DNA from: Erysipelotrichales bacterium
GTDB lineage: Bacteria; Bacillota_I; Bacilli_A; RFN20; CAG-826
Length of the DNA: 64,000 bases
Direction: 5' to 3'
Assembly (NCBI GenBank): GCA_022508525.1
Contig: JAFLVA010000007.1
Span: forward strand, 18,380-82,379
The notes below the pieces were generated by a model, which did no database searches, had not been told where the DNA came from, and was given only the letters and a program-made list of their open reading frames with translations. Within the stretch, counting starts at the first letter, position 1; each line of letters starts with the position of its first letter. The position numbers and the translations under genes are program-made. Below are positions 1-9,710 of the stretch, piece by piece.

Positions 1-612
1 TTAGGTGAAGTTGGTAAAGGAATGGTTGATGGACAAATTGTCACTAAAGTATTTAAAGGTATTCATTATCAATATGTCTTTATGGTTGGTAAAAACGAAG
101 TAGTTATTCAAGATACTAGAGATATACCAGTTGATTCTAAAGCAAGCATTTCAATTGAGCCAGATATGATTCATATTATGAAGAAAGAATTAGTAGACAA
201 TGTTTATCAAGATGCTTATATAGATAATAAAAACAGAGTTGTCATCGCTAAAACTGCATTTGAATGTGATGTAACTCAATTAGTGCCTAATGGTAAATTA
301 GATTCAGAAGGATACCTAATTGATGCTAAAGGCAAAAAATATGATTTAAACGATGCAGATGTTGTTGCTTCTGTTGGTTTAAGTGATATTGAAATTTGTG
401 AACACGAAGAAGAAGGAATGGTTCCAGGAAATATTGTCTCAGTTATTTATAAGGGAGACCACTATCAAGTTACAATTCGTACAGATGATGAAGAAGATTT
501 CGTTGTGGATACTGAATATACATATAACGAAACAGATCGCGTTTCGTTAAATATTGCTAAAGATAAAATCTCTTTAAAAATAAAAGGAGATATTAGCAAA
601 TATGAAATTTAG
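1..612 (+). CDS. potA: Polyamine-type ABC transporter ATPase, C-terminal regulatory part (5' end outside window)
   Basis: The frame is open from nt 1 (LGEVGKG precedes the first ATG at 22). The stop overlaps the start of the next permease gene (602-612). There are two tandem beta-rich segments (KGIHYQYVF...IEPDMIHIM and KGDHYQVTI...ISLKI). The call rests mainly on potB/C/D context. Confidence 0.6.
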   Translation, partial: LGEVGKGMVDGQIVTKVFKGIHYQYVFMVGKNEVVIQDTRDIPVDSKASISIEPDMIHIMKKELVDNVYQDAYIDNKNRVVIAKTAFECDVTQLVPNGKLDSEGYLIDAKGKKYDLNDADVVASVGLSDIEICEHEEEGMVPGNIVSVIYKGDHYQVTIRTDDEEDFVVDTEYTYNETDRVSLNIAKDKISLKIKGDISKYEI

Positions 613-1399
613 ATTTCAAAGAAAGTATTTATCCATTCCCTATATTCTTTTCTTTATTTTATTTATTATAGTCCCTTTGTTTTTGATTTTGTTCTATGCA
701 TTTACTGATAAAGTTACAGGACATATTTCACTTTCAAACTTAGTGAAATTTGTTTCGGATAGTACAAATTTAAATGTTTTGGCAATATCTTTAACATATG
801 CGGTAATTAATACAATTTTATGTTTAGTAATAAGTTATCCGATAGCTTATTTCTTAGCTGATCGCAAAATTAATAAATCAGCAGTTTTAGTAACCTTATT
901 TATTATGCCAATGTGGATTAACTTTGTTATTCGTACAGGCGCAACTCGTGATCTTCTAACTTGGATTGGATTATCCGGTGGATCATATCCTGAAGTTGCC
1001 ACAGTAATAGGTCTAGTTTATAACTATATTCCATTTACTATTTTGCCTTTATATACAACAATGTTAAAAATGGATCGTAATCAAATTGAAGCTAGTAGAG
1101 ACTTAGGTGCAAATGGTTTTCAAACTTTTGTAAAAGTCATTATTCCAATGACAATGCCTGGTATCGTATCAGCTGCAACGATGGTATTTATGCCAACGTT
1201 ATCATCTTATGTTATTTCTGATATTCTTTCGGAATATAATGTCGTTTTATTTGGTAGTTATATTGATTTATATTTCAATCAAAGCGATTGGAATTTCGGA
1301 TCATTTATGGCTTTCATTATGTTGCTTCTTATCTTTATTAGTGTGTTTATCACACGTAAATTCTCGAAAGATGATGAGGGAAAGGAGTCAATATGGTAA
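602..1399 (+). CDS. potB: Spermidine/putrescine ABC transporter permease
   Basis: 265 aa multi-TM protein with an ABC permease EAA loop (IEASRDLGANGFQTFVKVIIPMTMPG). It overlaps both neighbouring genes. Confidence 0.8.
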   Translation: MKFRFQRKYLSIPYILFFILFIIVPLFLILFYAFTDKVTGHISLSNLVKFVSDSTNLNVLAISLTYAVINTILCLVISYPIAYFLADRKINKSAVLVTLFIMPMWINFVIRTGATRDLLTWIGLSGGSYPEVATVIGLVYNYIPFTILPLYTTMLKMDRNQIEASRDLGANGFQTFVKVIIPMTMPGIVSAATMVFMPTLSSYVISDILSEYNVVLFGSYIDLYFNQSDWNFGSFMAFIMLLLIFISVFITRKFSKDDEGKESIW

Positions 1400-2691
1400 A
1401 AGATATAAAATCAAATCATATCAATGTTAAATCTCGAAATGTGATATGTGTTTTAGTGTCATTTATTTCATTGGCACTTTTGGTTGTATGTGGAATTACT
1501 ATGTTAGGTGGAGAATTCTTTACATACGTAGGAAAAGGAATCCACTATGTCTATTATTTCCTATTCAATAGAGCGTTTGATTATAAAACAACTATTGTAA
1601 TTGCTATTGTGTTACTTACACTTGTTGCACTTATATATTGGATATATGTCGTTTTTAAAAGCGAAAGCGTGAAGACATATGAATTAGTTGCACCATTTAC
1701 CACACTTATGATGCCATTTGTTGTTCTTTCGGCAATTCGAGGAAAGACTTTGGGCATTTGGGATCGTGACGAAAAGCCTTTAGTCATTATTGCTTTAGTT
1801 GCTTTAATAATTTATGTTTTGGCTTCTATTTGTACATTGGTTTTTACTTTTATTGAAAGTAAGAAAAAAGTAAAAATAAAGGTAAACGGAAGAATATTAG
1901 CAAAATGCTTTATATATTTCATGCTTTTCTTAATGTATCTTCCTGTACTTGTTTTAATTGTTTATTCATTTACAACAAGCATTAACGTTGGTCAATGGTC
2001 AGGCTTCTCTTTTGGATTATATAGAGATTTATTTAGAAATAAAGCTTTAATGTCAGCAGTCTGGAATACGCTTCTTATAGCTTTGGCCAGTGCTGTAGTA
2101 TCGACAATTTTAGGTACTTTAGGTGCTGTCGGAACATTTTATTCCAAAAAGAAGACTCGTAAGGTTATTGAAACAATGAACCAATTACCAGTTATTAATG
2201 CTGAAATTGTTATCGCATTGTCTTTGGCAATTATGGTCATTGCTGTTGGTGTTAGTTTCTCATTCTTTACTTTGTTAATTGGTCATGTTGTATTGACAAT
2301 TGCATTTGTATATTTGAATGTTAAACCTAAATTAACTCAAATGGATCCTTTTGCCTATGAAGCTGCTTTAGATTTAGGCGCCAAACCTCGTTATGCTTTA
2401 TATAAAATTGTTTTGCCAGAAATTTTACCTGGTATCTTATCTGGTTTTATGATTTCTTTCACTTTATCACTTGATGACTTTGTCATTACTCAATATTTGA
2501 AAGAACCATCATTTGAAACAATTTCTACCTATATTCAAAAAATTATTGCAAAGCACCCAGTTCCACCAGAAGTACGTGCTTTAACTACAATTATTTTCGT
2601 GATTGTTTTAGTAGTAGTAGTTGGTAATACAATTTACAACAATCGTCGTGCTAAAGCAGTTGTATCACGTAGAAGAAAAGGAGGATTTTAA
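1393..2691 (+). CDS. potC: Spermidine/putrescine ABC transporter permease with an extra ~165-aa N-terminal 4-TM module
   Basis: The C-terminal ~265 aa is a canonical permease (EAA loop AYEAALDLGAKPRYALYKIVLPEILPG). The N-terminal ~165 aa is a separate hydrophobic module paralogous to the N-terminus of the 10582-11655 protein. Confidence 0.75.
   Translation: MVKDIKSNHINVKSRNVICVLVSFISLALLVVCGITMLGGEFFTYVGKGIHYVYYFLFNRAFDYKTTIVIAIVLLTLVALIYWIYVVFKSESVKTYELVAPFTTLMMPFVVLSAIRGKTLGIWDRDEKPLVIIALVALIIYVLASICTLVFTFIESKKKVKIKVNGRILAKCFIYFMLFLMYLPVLVLIVYSFTTSINVGQWSGFSFGLYRDLFRNKALMSAVWNTLLIALASAVVSTILGTLGAVGTFYSKKKTRKVIETMNQLPVINAEIVIALSLAIMVIAVGVSFSFFTLLIGHVVLTIAFVYLNVKPKLTQMDPFAYEAALDLGAKPRYALYKIVLPEILPGILSGFMISFTLSLDDFVITQYLKEPSFETISTYIQKIIAKHPVPPEVRALTTIIFVIVLVVVVGNTIYNNRRAKAVVSRRRKGGF
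1501..1538 (+). repeat. 38-nt segment near-identical to 10669-10706
   Basis: ATGTTAGGTGGAGAATTCTTTACATACGTAGGAAAAGG compared with ATGTTAGGAGGAGAATTCTTTACATACGTAGGAAAAGG gives 37/38 identity. It encodes MLGGEFFTYVGKG in both paralogs. Confidence 0.95.
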
Positions 2692-2693
2692 TA

Positions 2694-4472
2694 ATGAAAA
2701 CGATTAATAAAATTACTCTTATGATGGCATTTGTAGCTCTTCTTGGTGCAAATACCTCTTATAAAGTAGAAGCAATTGCTGAAGACACAAATGAAACTAA
2801 AACTAAAGTCAAAAATGCAAAGAAAAGTAACGAACTTGTTATCTTTAACTGGGAAGATTATATTGATGAAGATTTAATTGATGAATTTGAAGAAGAATAT
2901 AATTGCACCGTTAAATATTACACTTTCGATACAAATGAAACTTTATATAATCAATTCAAGTTACAACCTGAAGGAACATATGATTTAATCAATGCATCAG
3001 AATATATGCTTCAAAAGATGGCAAGAGAAGGACTTTTAGAAAAGATAGATGTCGAAAAGGAATGTTCAGAATATTTCAACTATACCTCACCATCTGTTAC
3101 TGATAAATTAAAATCAATGCCAGTTGGAAATGATTTAACACTTTATGAGTACGCTGCTGGTTACATGTGGGGTACATTAGGAATTATCTATGACCCTGAA
3201 TGTTCCGATACGATTGAAGAAGATGTAAAATCTTGGGATATTTTCTGGGATGAAAAATATGAAGATTTGATTTCTATCAAAAATTCTATGCGTGACACAA
3301 TTGTTGTTGGAGTTATGCATGCTTATAAAAATCTTAAAAACAAAGAAAATCCTAATGATGATGAAAAAGCTTTTTTAGAAGCTGTTGAACGTGCTGAAAA
3401 TGACGCAAATGATGAAACTGAAATTATTCAAAATGTCTTTGATCTCATTATTCGTGAAGATAATTACCAATCAATTCTTGAAGTAATCAAAGAGGAATTA
3501 ATTTCTCTAAAAGAAAACATTTTCGGTTTTGAAGTTGACTCAGGTAAAAACGATATCATCACTGGAAAAATTAAAATGAATCTTGCTTGGTCTGGTGACG
3601 TTATTTTCTCTATTGATACTGCATTAGAAGAGGCAGATAAAGTACTTAAATATTCTGTTCCTGAAGAAGGTAGTAATGTTTGGTATGATGGATGGAGTTT
3701 ACCTGTTGGTGCCAATCGTGAATTAGCTTGTGCTTTTATTGATTTCTTATCAAGACCAGAAAATGCAAGTAGAAATATGGATTACATTGGCTACACTTCA
3801 TTTATAGCCTGTGATGATGTGTTCGATTTAGTATCAGAATGGTATGGAGTTTCAGAATATAATGAAAATACAACATATCATGGAGCATATGCTTATATCG
3901 ATGAAGATAATTATGGAAAATATTCCTATGTTGATGAAAGTATTGTTAAATACAATGATAAATTTTATCGCGCAACTGTCTTAACAGATAATACGATTAA
4001 AGTAGAAGATGGTGAAGATATTCTAGAATATTCAAAGATTGATGATGTCGATAGTGATGAGGATTGGGAAAATGTTGAATTCAGCGATATTTTACCTACT
4101 GATGAAGAATATTGGGAAGAAATTGATGAAGAAGAACTCGGATTGGCTGATCCTTATGATTTGACTTTCGTTTTCAAAAACGAAGATTCAAATCGTGAAG
4201 AATACATCATTTACCCTTACGAAGATAGTGCTAATGAACTTGAAACTCAATATCCATCAGAAGAAATACTTTCGCGTTGTGCGGTTATGAAGGATTTTGA
4301 AGAAAGAAATGATGATGTTGTAATTATGTGGGGACAAATTCGTGCCTATACAAACATGACTCCATATTACATTATTCTTGCTACTGTTGTTGGTGCATTC
4401 CTAGTCTTTGGTGTTTACTCTTTTGTTAAAAAACAAAGATCAATACGTAATCGCCGCAAATCTGTAAAATAA
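2694..4472 (+). CDS. potD: PotD-like polyamine-binding protein with acidic insertions and a C-terminal TM anchor
   Basis: N-terminal signal-like segment. PotD-like motifs are present (LVIFNWEDYIDEDLIDEFEEEY, YMWGTLGIIYD, NLAWSGD). At 592 aa it is far longer than a typical PotD. The C-terminus has a hydrophobic helix (YYIILATVVGAFLVFGVYSFV) followed by a basic tail. Confidence 0.65.
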   Translation: MKTINKITLMMAFVALLGANTSYKVEAIAEDTNETKTKVKNAKKSNELVIFNWEDYIDEDLIDEFEEEYNCTVKYYTFDTNETLYNQFKLQPEGTYDLINASEYMLQKMAREGLLEKIDVEKECSEYFNYTSPSVTDKLKSMPVGNDLTLYEYAAGYMWGTLGIIYDPECSDTIEEDVKSWDIFWDEKYEDLISIKNSMRDTIVVGVMHAYKNLKNKENPNDDEKAFLEAVERAENDANDETEIIQNVFDLIIREDNYQSILEVIKEELISLKENIFGFEVDSGKNDIITGKIKMNLAWSGDVIFSIDTALEEADKVLKYSVPEEGSNVWYDGWSLPVGANRELACAFIDFLSRPENASRNMDYIGYTSFIACDDVFDLVSEWYGVSEYNENTTYHGAYAYIDEDNYGKYSYVDESIVKYNDKFYRATVLTDNTIKVEDGEDILEYSKIDDVDSDEDWENVEFSDILPTDEEYWEEIDEEELGLADPYDLTFVFKNEDSNREEYIIYPYEDSANELETQYPSEEILSRCAVMKDFEERNDDVVIMWGQIRAYTNMTPYYIILATVVGAFLVFGVYSFVKKQRSIRNRRKSVK

Positions 4473-4482
4473 TTGAAAAATC

Positions 4483-4513
4483 GAGGTGGTTAATACAACT
4501 GCCTCTTTTTTTT
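4483..4513 (+). terminator. Intrinsic terminator after potD
   Basis: Stem GAGGTGG / CTGCCTC (with G-U pairs) followed by T8. Confidence 0.6.
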
Positions 4514-4593
4514 GTAATCAAATGGGGAAATTTATCATAAAATATGTTGCGAAATTATATGTGTTGTGTTAATATATTTCCGTTGCTTGCGAT

Positions 4594-4667
4594 GGTTCCT
4601 TAGCCAAGTGGTAAGGCAATTGACTGCAACTCAATGAGCGTCGGTTCAACTCCGTCAGGAACCTCCA
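4594..4667 (+). tRNA. tRNA-Cys (GCA)
   Basis: Cloverleaf folded by hand: acceptor GGTTCCT/AGGAACC, anticodon loop CTGCAAC, T-loop TTCAACT, encoded CCA. Confidence 0.9.
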
Positions 4668-4732
4668 TCAACTTTAAAATAGTACTTGATTTATTAAATC
4701 TAGTTTGCTATATTGTATAGGCGTCGATATAT

Positions 4733-4809
4733 GCGCCCGTAGCTCAACTGGATAGAGTGTTAGACTACGAATCTAAAGGTTACGAGTTCGATTCTTGTCG
4801 GGCGCGCCA
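4733..4809 (+). tRNA. tRNA-Arg (ACG)
   Basis: Acceptor GCGCCCG/CGGGCGC, anticodon loop CTACGAA, T-loop TTCGATT, encoded CCA. Confidence 0.9.
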
Positions 4810-4813
4810 TTAT

Positions 4814-4890
<77 letters not shown>

Positions 4891-4902
4891 TTTGAATAAT
4901 AG

Positions 4903-4934
4903 ACTTCGATACATTTGATATCGAAGTTTTTTTG
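4903..4934 (+). terminator. Intrinsic terminator after the 3-tRNA array
   Basis: Stem ACTTCGAT / ATCGAAGT followed by a T-run. Confidence 0.75.
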
Positions 4935-5116
4935 TACATTAAACAAATGCTATTACTTTACCACCTTATTAACGCTTGTAAAAGTAATACAATCATCGAA
5001 GCATTTATCATTAAACCTTTAAGGAAAAAGAAATATTTTCAAGTGTTACTCATATGTTATTATATTGATAGGACTATTTTGAAGTGCTAAAATTTTATTG
5101 AAAGAAGGAATTAAAT

Positions 5117-5878
5117 ATGAAAAGATTAAAACTTGTTGTTGGTCTAGGTGTGGTCGCTATGTTAGCTAGTTGTAATTATGCAGGCAAGACAATTACCGCT
5201 GAAACAGCTAAAGAAAGAGCAGAGGGCATAATAAATTATCAAAAACAGAATAGTGAAGAACTTTCTAAAAAAAGTTTTTCAGTTAATATGAAAATGAAAG
5301 AAATTATTGATGATAGCAGTGCTGAAGTAAAAATAAATCTTTCTGCTGATTTAGGGAAAGAAATTTATCATATTGCAGTTAGTGGCAAAGAGAAAACTAG
5401 TGTATCTTCAAATGATATACATTTTAATATGTATATTGGAAAAATTGATGGTGTTATTCATTTTGTTGAAACTGAAAGTAAAACATACTCTACTGATGAA
5501 GATGGAGCGTTGTCTGATGCGATTAATAGTGCAGAAATGTATATAGTAACTATTTCTAGACTTATGAGCAATGGAACAAATATATTTGGTCATTTACCTT
5601 GGGATTTGGAAGAGATTAATGAATATAGTTTTAAGAGTAAGGGTGAAGGACATTTATATGTTTCTCATAAAAAATTGAACGAACAAGAGGATTATAGTTA
5701 CCAAACAATTGAGAATTATGAATTTGAAAATAACATGCTAAAAAATATTAATGGTACTTATACTGAAACTAGTACTTATGGAGATAAAACCACAACAGAA
5801 AGCATGGATGTCAATCTTGATGTAAAATGGAATTGTAAGTTATCAATGCCTAACATAAGTGGTTACGAAAAAAAGTAA
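5117..5878 (+). CDS. Lipoprotein, unknown function
   Basis: Signal peptide with lipobox (VVAMLASC). RBS GAAGGAA lies upstream. No recognisable domain. Confidence 0.7.
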   Translation: MKRLKLVVGLGVVAMLASCNYAGKTITAETAKERAEGIINYQKQNSEELSKKSFSVNMKMKEIIDDSSAEVKINLSADLGKEIYHIAVSGKEKTSVSSNDIHFNMYIGKIDGVIHFVETESKTYSTDEDGALSDAINSAEMYIVTISRLMSNGTNIFGHLPWDLEEINEYSFKSKGEGHLYVSHKKLNEQEDYSYQTIENYEFENNMLKNINGTYTETSTYGDKTTTESMDVNLDVKWNCKLSMPNISGYEKK

Positions 5879-5891
5879 AAAAAATTCTAAA

Positions 5892-5921
5892 AATCATATC
5901 TTCAACTGATATGATTTTTTT
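5892..5921 (+). terminator. Intrinsic terminator
   Basis: Stem AATCATATC / GATATGATT followed by a T-run. Confidence 0.75.
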
Positions 5922-6024
5922 AATTACTAAATATTGCGTACGCTAATTTTATGATTATTACAAATAACAAAAATAGTGTATAATATTTTTCGTATTTATT
6001 TGTCAATAAATAAGGAGACTTTTT

Positions 6025-7215
6025 ATGAAATTAGAACCTATTGTTATTAGCCTACTTGATACTGATTTTTATAAATTTAATATGCATCAAGTTATTTTTC
6101 ACAAATATAAAGATTTAACAGGCGAGTATCATTTTAAATGTCGTAATGATAATGTAATATTTACAGATGAAATGATTAATGAAATTAATGAGCAAGTAGA
6201 TTATTTATGTACACTTTCATTTAAAGAAAATGAATTAGAGTATTTACATACAATTAAATTCTTAAAAGAGGATTATTTGGATTTTCTAAAAGATTTTAAA
6301 TTGCATCGTGAGTATGTAGACATTCATAAAAATAAAATTGGCGAGTTAGTGTGTATTGTAAAAGGTCCTTGTTTTTTAGCTATGCCTTTTGAAATATATT
6401 TGCTTGAAATAATTAATGAAACTTATTTTAGATTAAAATATGACTACAATGAATTACGCAAAGAAGCAGAAGTACGTTTGAAAGAGAAAATCAAGAAAAT
6501 GAATGATGGTATTTATACTTTTAAATTTGCTGAATTTGGTTGTAGAAGACGTTTGTCACGTGATTGGCAAGATTTTATGGTTAAGGAATTTGTAACAAAA
6601 ACCACTAATTGCGTAGGAACTTCTAATGTTTATTTAGCAATGAAATATAATGTAAGACCAATTGGAACTTATGCACATGAATTTGTACAAATGTATCAAG
6701 GGATTGATGGTATAAATTTGGCTCGCACTAATTACTATGCTTTAAAAGATTGGTACGAAGAATATCGTGGTGAAAATGGCACAGCGTTAACTGATACTTT
6801 AACAACGGATTTATTTTTATTAGATTTCGATAAAGAGATGGCAACTTTATATAATGGTGTACGTCACGATTCCGGCGATCCATATGCTTGGGGAGAACAA
6901 CTTATTAAACATTATGAAAAGTTAAATATCGATCCAAAAATTAAAACACTACTTTTTAGTGATAGCTTAAATTTTGATAAGGCTCAAAGATTATTTGATT
7001 ACTTTAAAAGTAGAATTAATGTAACTTTTGGTATTGGAACATATTGTTCTAATGACACAGATAAACCGGCTTTAAACATTGTAATTAAACTTCAAAGAGT
7101 TAACAATAAACCAGTTGCAAAATTATCAGACGCTAAAGGTAAAACTATGTGTCTAGATGAAAAATATCTAAAAGAGTTAGAAGAAAAAGTTGAACAGCGT
7201 CTAAAAACAAAATAA
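6025..7215 (+). CDS. pncB: Nicotinate phosphoribosyltransferase
   Basis: 396 aa. The N-terminal SLLDTDFYKFNMHQ motif and the length are typical of PncB. RBS AAGGAGA lies upstream. Confidence 0.8.
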   Translation: MKLEPIVISLLDTDFYKFNMHQVIFHKYKDLTGEYHFKCRNDNVIFTDEMINEINEQVDYLCTLSFKENELEYLHTIKFLKEDYLDFLKDFKLHREYVDIHKNKIGELVCIVKGPCFLAMPFEIYLLEIINETYFRLKYDYNELRKEAEVRLKEKIKKMNDGIYTFKFAEFGCRRRLSRDWQDFMVKEFVTKTTNCVGTSNVYLAMKYNVRPIGTYAHEFVQMYQGIDGINLARTNYYALKDWYEEYRGENGTALTDTLTTDLFLLDFDKEMATLYNGVRHDSGDPYAWGEQLIKHYEKLNIDPKIKTLLFSDSLNFDKAQRLFDYFKSRINVTFGIGTYCSNDTDKPALNIVIKLQRVNNKPVAKLSDAKGKTMCLDEKYLKELEEKVEQRLKTK

Positions 7216-7357
7216 TTTTGCGTTGTTTGAGTATAGTGTTTTTGCGAATTGTAAAAAGTTAACAAAAAAAATGCTTTATTATTATTTGACAAAGTAGTAT
7301 AATAACTACAATTATTCTTTTGAGTAATTAAATATAATATATTTAGGAGGAAAAATT

Positions 7358-9382
7358 ATGAAAAAGAAAAGTATAGCATTTATGCTTTTGAGCATCGCTG
7401 CACTTGGTTTAGCAGCATGTGGCACAAATGCAAGTGATTCTGTACCATCTGAATCAACATCAACACCTGATTCTGTACCATCTGAATCAACATCAACACC
7501 AGATTCTACACCTACTACTCCAGCAACAGAATATATCTCCGCTGCTGCGTTAAGATCAATCATGGGTAGCTTCACTGCTGATGGAACTATGACACTTAAC
7601 TACACTGGTGGATATTTACCAACTCATTATGATATCCATCTTGCCATGGACGAAAATGCTATGGAAACATTATATTACGATGAAGGAAAAGATGAATTTA
7701 CTGGAATTCAACAAATCTTTAATTATGCAGACATACAATGTTATTTCGTTGTCGATGCTGATAATGTTGTTAAATATGCTCCTTATTACGATAGTTATGG
7801 AAATTATATGGCATACGATTATACATTACTTTCAGCTTATACTGCATCATTTAGAACAACATATTTTGAAAAAACCTTCATGGGCACTTATGCTGTTGTT
7901 AATCAAAATGCTAGAAACTTAATTGCATCTACACTTGCTGCAACATATTATTTTGAAGGATATGGCAATGTTGAAACAATGGAACTTACTGTTGAAAATG
8001 ATGAGGTCACAAATGTTAAATTTACAACAGTTAAACAAACTGTCCAAGCAACAGTAAAAGTTAGTGTTTCTTATGATTTAAATCTCACAAAACTTGGTAC
8101 AACTGAAATTGAATCAGATGTTAAACCATATGATACTTACCCAGAAGCCAAAGCATTAGGTGATGCTCTTGATGCTTTAGAAGGTAATGTCACAGTAAAT
8201 TTAACTGTAACTGTTGAAGATAGTGATGAAGTCTATAATGAAGGAACAGCATATTTATTTGATGACTTATTCTATTTATCATTAACTACTTACGGTGAAG
8301 AAACATATACTCAAGCATTTGGATATGTTGATTATCCAGAAAAAGATGGTATGATGCAATTCATTGTTGATGATGAAGGTAATTTTGAAGCAACAAGTTT
8401 ATATGAAGGTTATAGTGTTGCTGAAGATGTAAGTTACTTTGAACCTTCTTTCGTTGCTCCAGAAATGTTTGAATACAAAGATGGAAAATATGTTACAAGA
8501 TCTTATCAAGATGTTGGTATTGTTGCTCCATATATTGTTGTAGATTTCGATGGCAGCATCGATTATACAGGTGAAATTGCTATAACATTAGATGATGAAG
8601 GAAATCTTGATACAATTAGTTATGATGTTTATTTCTATACTGATGCTACACGTACAGATGTAGAAGCACACCATTATGTCTTAACTATTACTTCTAATGA
8701 AGAAAAAGTAACAGATCTTAAAGGATTAGAAGACTTCAAAGACATATTAACAATTTTCTCAAATTTAACATCTGATATGTTTGGTGTTTGGGCTGATGAA
8801 GAAGAAACATATACTGTAGAAATTAACTATGCTATATTCAAAATTAATGATGTAAATGTAACTCTTGAAAACGTTACTCAAACAAGCCTCACTGGTAAAA
8901 TTGGTGATACTACATACGTCGCTACATTTGGTGAAGATGATGAAACTGGTGAACCATACATTGATTTAGTAATCGATGGTGGCGAAGCAATTCGCTTATA
9001 TTATGCTGTATCAATCATTGATCAAATTGCTGATATCTATGGTATTACTAGACTTGCAAATCCAGAAGATTTAGGTTTTGAAATATTCTCTATCGATGAC
9101 ACATATTTCGAATATGGTCAAGTTGCTCTATTCTATAGCGGTGACTTTACAGAAACAACAATTGAAGAATACGCTGATATGTTAAAGGCTGGCTCATACA
9201 TTTATGACTTTACTAATATTGATGCTAGTGAAGTATTCACAAATGGAAGTGGAACAGTCGCTGAATTCTTAGGTGTTGATGTCGTCTTAGTAAGTGCTAA
9301 GTATGATGCTATCGTTGGAATTGGTAGTTACGAATACGAAGGACAGACATTATTATTCGTTTTCATACTTGCTATTAATTAA
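7358..9382 (+). CDS. Large surface lipoprotein, unknown function
   Basis: Lipobox LGLAAC. A Ser/Thr/Pro-rich linker with the tandem repeat DSVPSESTSTP x2 is followed by an acidic Tyr-rich ~600-aa domain. RBS AGGAGG lies upstream. Confidence 0.7.
   Translation: MKKKSIAFMLLSIAALGLAACGTNASDSVPSESTSTPDSVPSESTSTPDSTPTTPATEYISAAALRSIMGSFTADGTMTLNYTGGYLPTHYDIHLAMDENAMETLYYDEGKDEFTGIQQIFNYADIQCYFVVDADNVVKYAPYYDSYGNYMAYDYTLLSAYTASFRTTYFEKTFMGTYAVVNQNARNLIASTLAATYYFEGYGNVETMELTVENDEVTNVKFTTVKQTVQATVKVSVSYDLNLTKLGTTEIESDVKPYDTYPEAKALGDALDALEGNVTVNLTVTVEDSDEVYNEGTAYLFDDLFYLSLTTYGEETYTQAFGYVDYPEKDGMMQFIVDDEGNFEATSLYEGYSVAEDVSYFEPSFVAPEMFEYKDGKYVTRSYQDVGIVAPYIVVDFDGSIDYTGEIAITLDDEGNLDTISYDVYFYTDATRTDVEAHHYVLTITSNEEKVTDLKGLEDFKDILTIFSNLTSDMFGVWADEEETYTVEINYAIFKINDVNVTLENVTQTSLTGKIGDTTYVATFGEDDETGEPYIDLVIDGGEAIRLYYAVSIIDQIADIYGITRLANPEDLGFEIFSIDDTYFEYGQVALFYSGDFTETTIEEYADMLKAGSYIYDFTNIDASEVFTNGSGTVAEFLGVDVVLVSAKYDAIVGIGSYEYEGQTLLFVFILAIN
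7436..7507 (+). repeat. Tandem 33-nt direct repeat (2 copies plus a partial third) inside the lipoprotein linker
   Basis: GATTCTGTACCATCTGAATCAACATCAACACC[T/A] occurs at 7436-7468 and 7469-7501 (32/33 identical). GATTCT starts again at 7502. Confidence 0.95.
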
Positions 9383-9392
9383 TAAGATGATA

Positions 9393-9428
9393 AAGGTATA
9401 GCGTGATTAAAGCGCTATACCTTTTTTC
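9393..9428 (+). terminator. Intrinsic terminator
   Basis: Stem AAGGTATAGCG / CGCTATACCTT followed by a T-run. Confidence 0.8.
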
Positions 9429-9535
9429 TAAAAAATAAATATACATTAAAAATTATAAAAAATATAAAAAAACACTTGCATTATAATTTGTAATTATATA
9501 AACTTATATATGCGTTACGAATAACGTATTAACGT

Positions 9536-9611
9536 GGGGCCTTAGCTCAGCTGGGAGAGCGCCTGATTTGCATTCAGGAGGTCAGGGGTTCGATCCCCCT
9601 AGGCTCCACCA
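9536..9611 (+). tRNA. tRNA-Ala (TGC)
   Basis: Acceptor GGGGCCT/AGGCTCC with the G3:U70 Ala identity pair, anticodon loop TTTGCAT, encoded CCA. Confidence 0.9.
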
Positions 9612-9627
9612 TTATTTTTATTTAAAT

Positions 9628-9704
<77 letters not shown>

Positions 9705-9710
9705 ATCTAG

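Noticed and set aside
7286-7303. TTGACA and TATAAT hexamers upstream of the large lipoprotein gene.
   Set aside because: The hexamers are separated by only 6 nt, which is incompatible with a sigma-A promoter, so they were not annotated.
9476-9504. Promoter for the 7-tRNA array (TTGCAT followed by several TATA-like boxes).
   Set aside because: No -10 candidate sits at a 16-18 nt spacing, and the AT-rich sequence offers many equivalent matches. The real promoter cannot be pinned down by eye.
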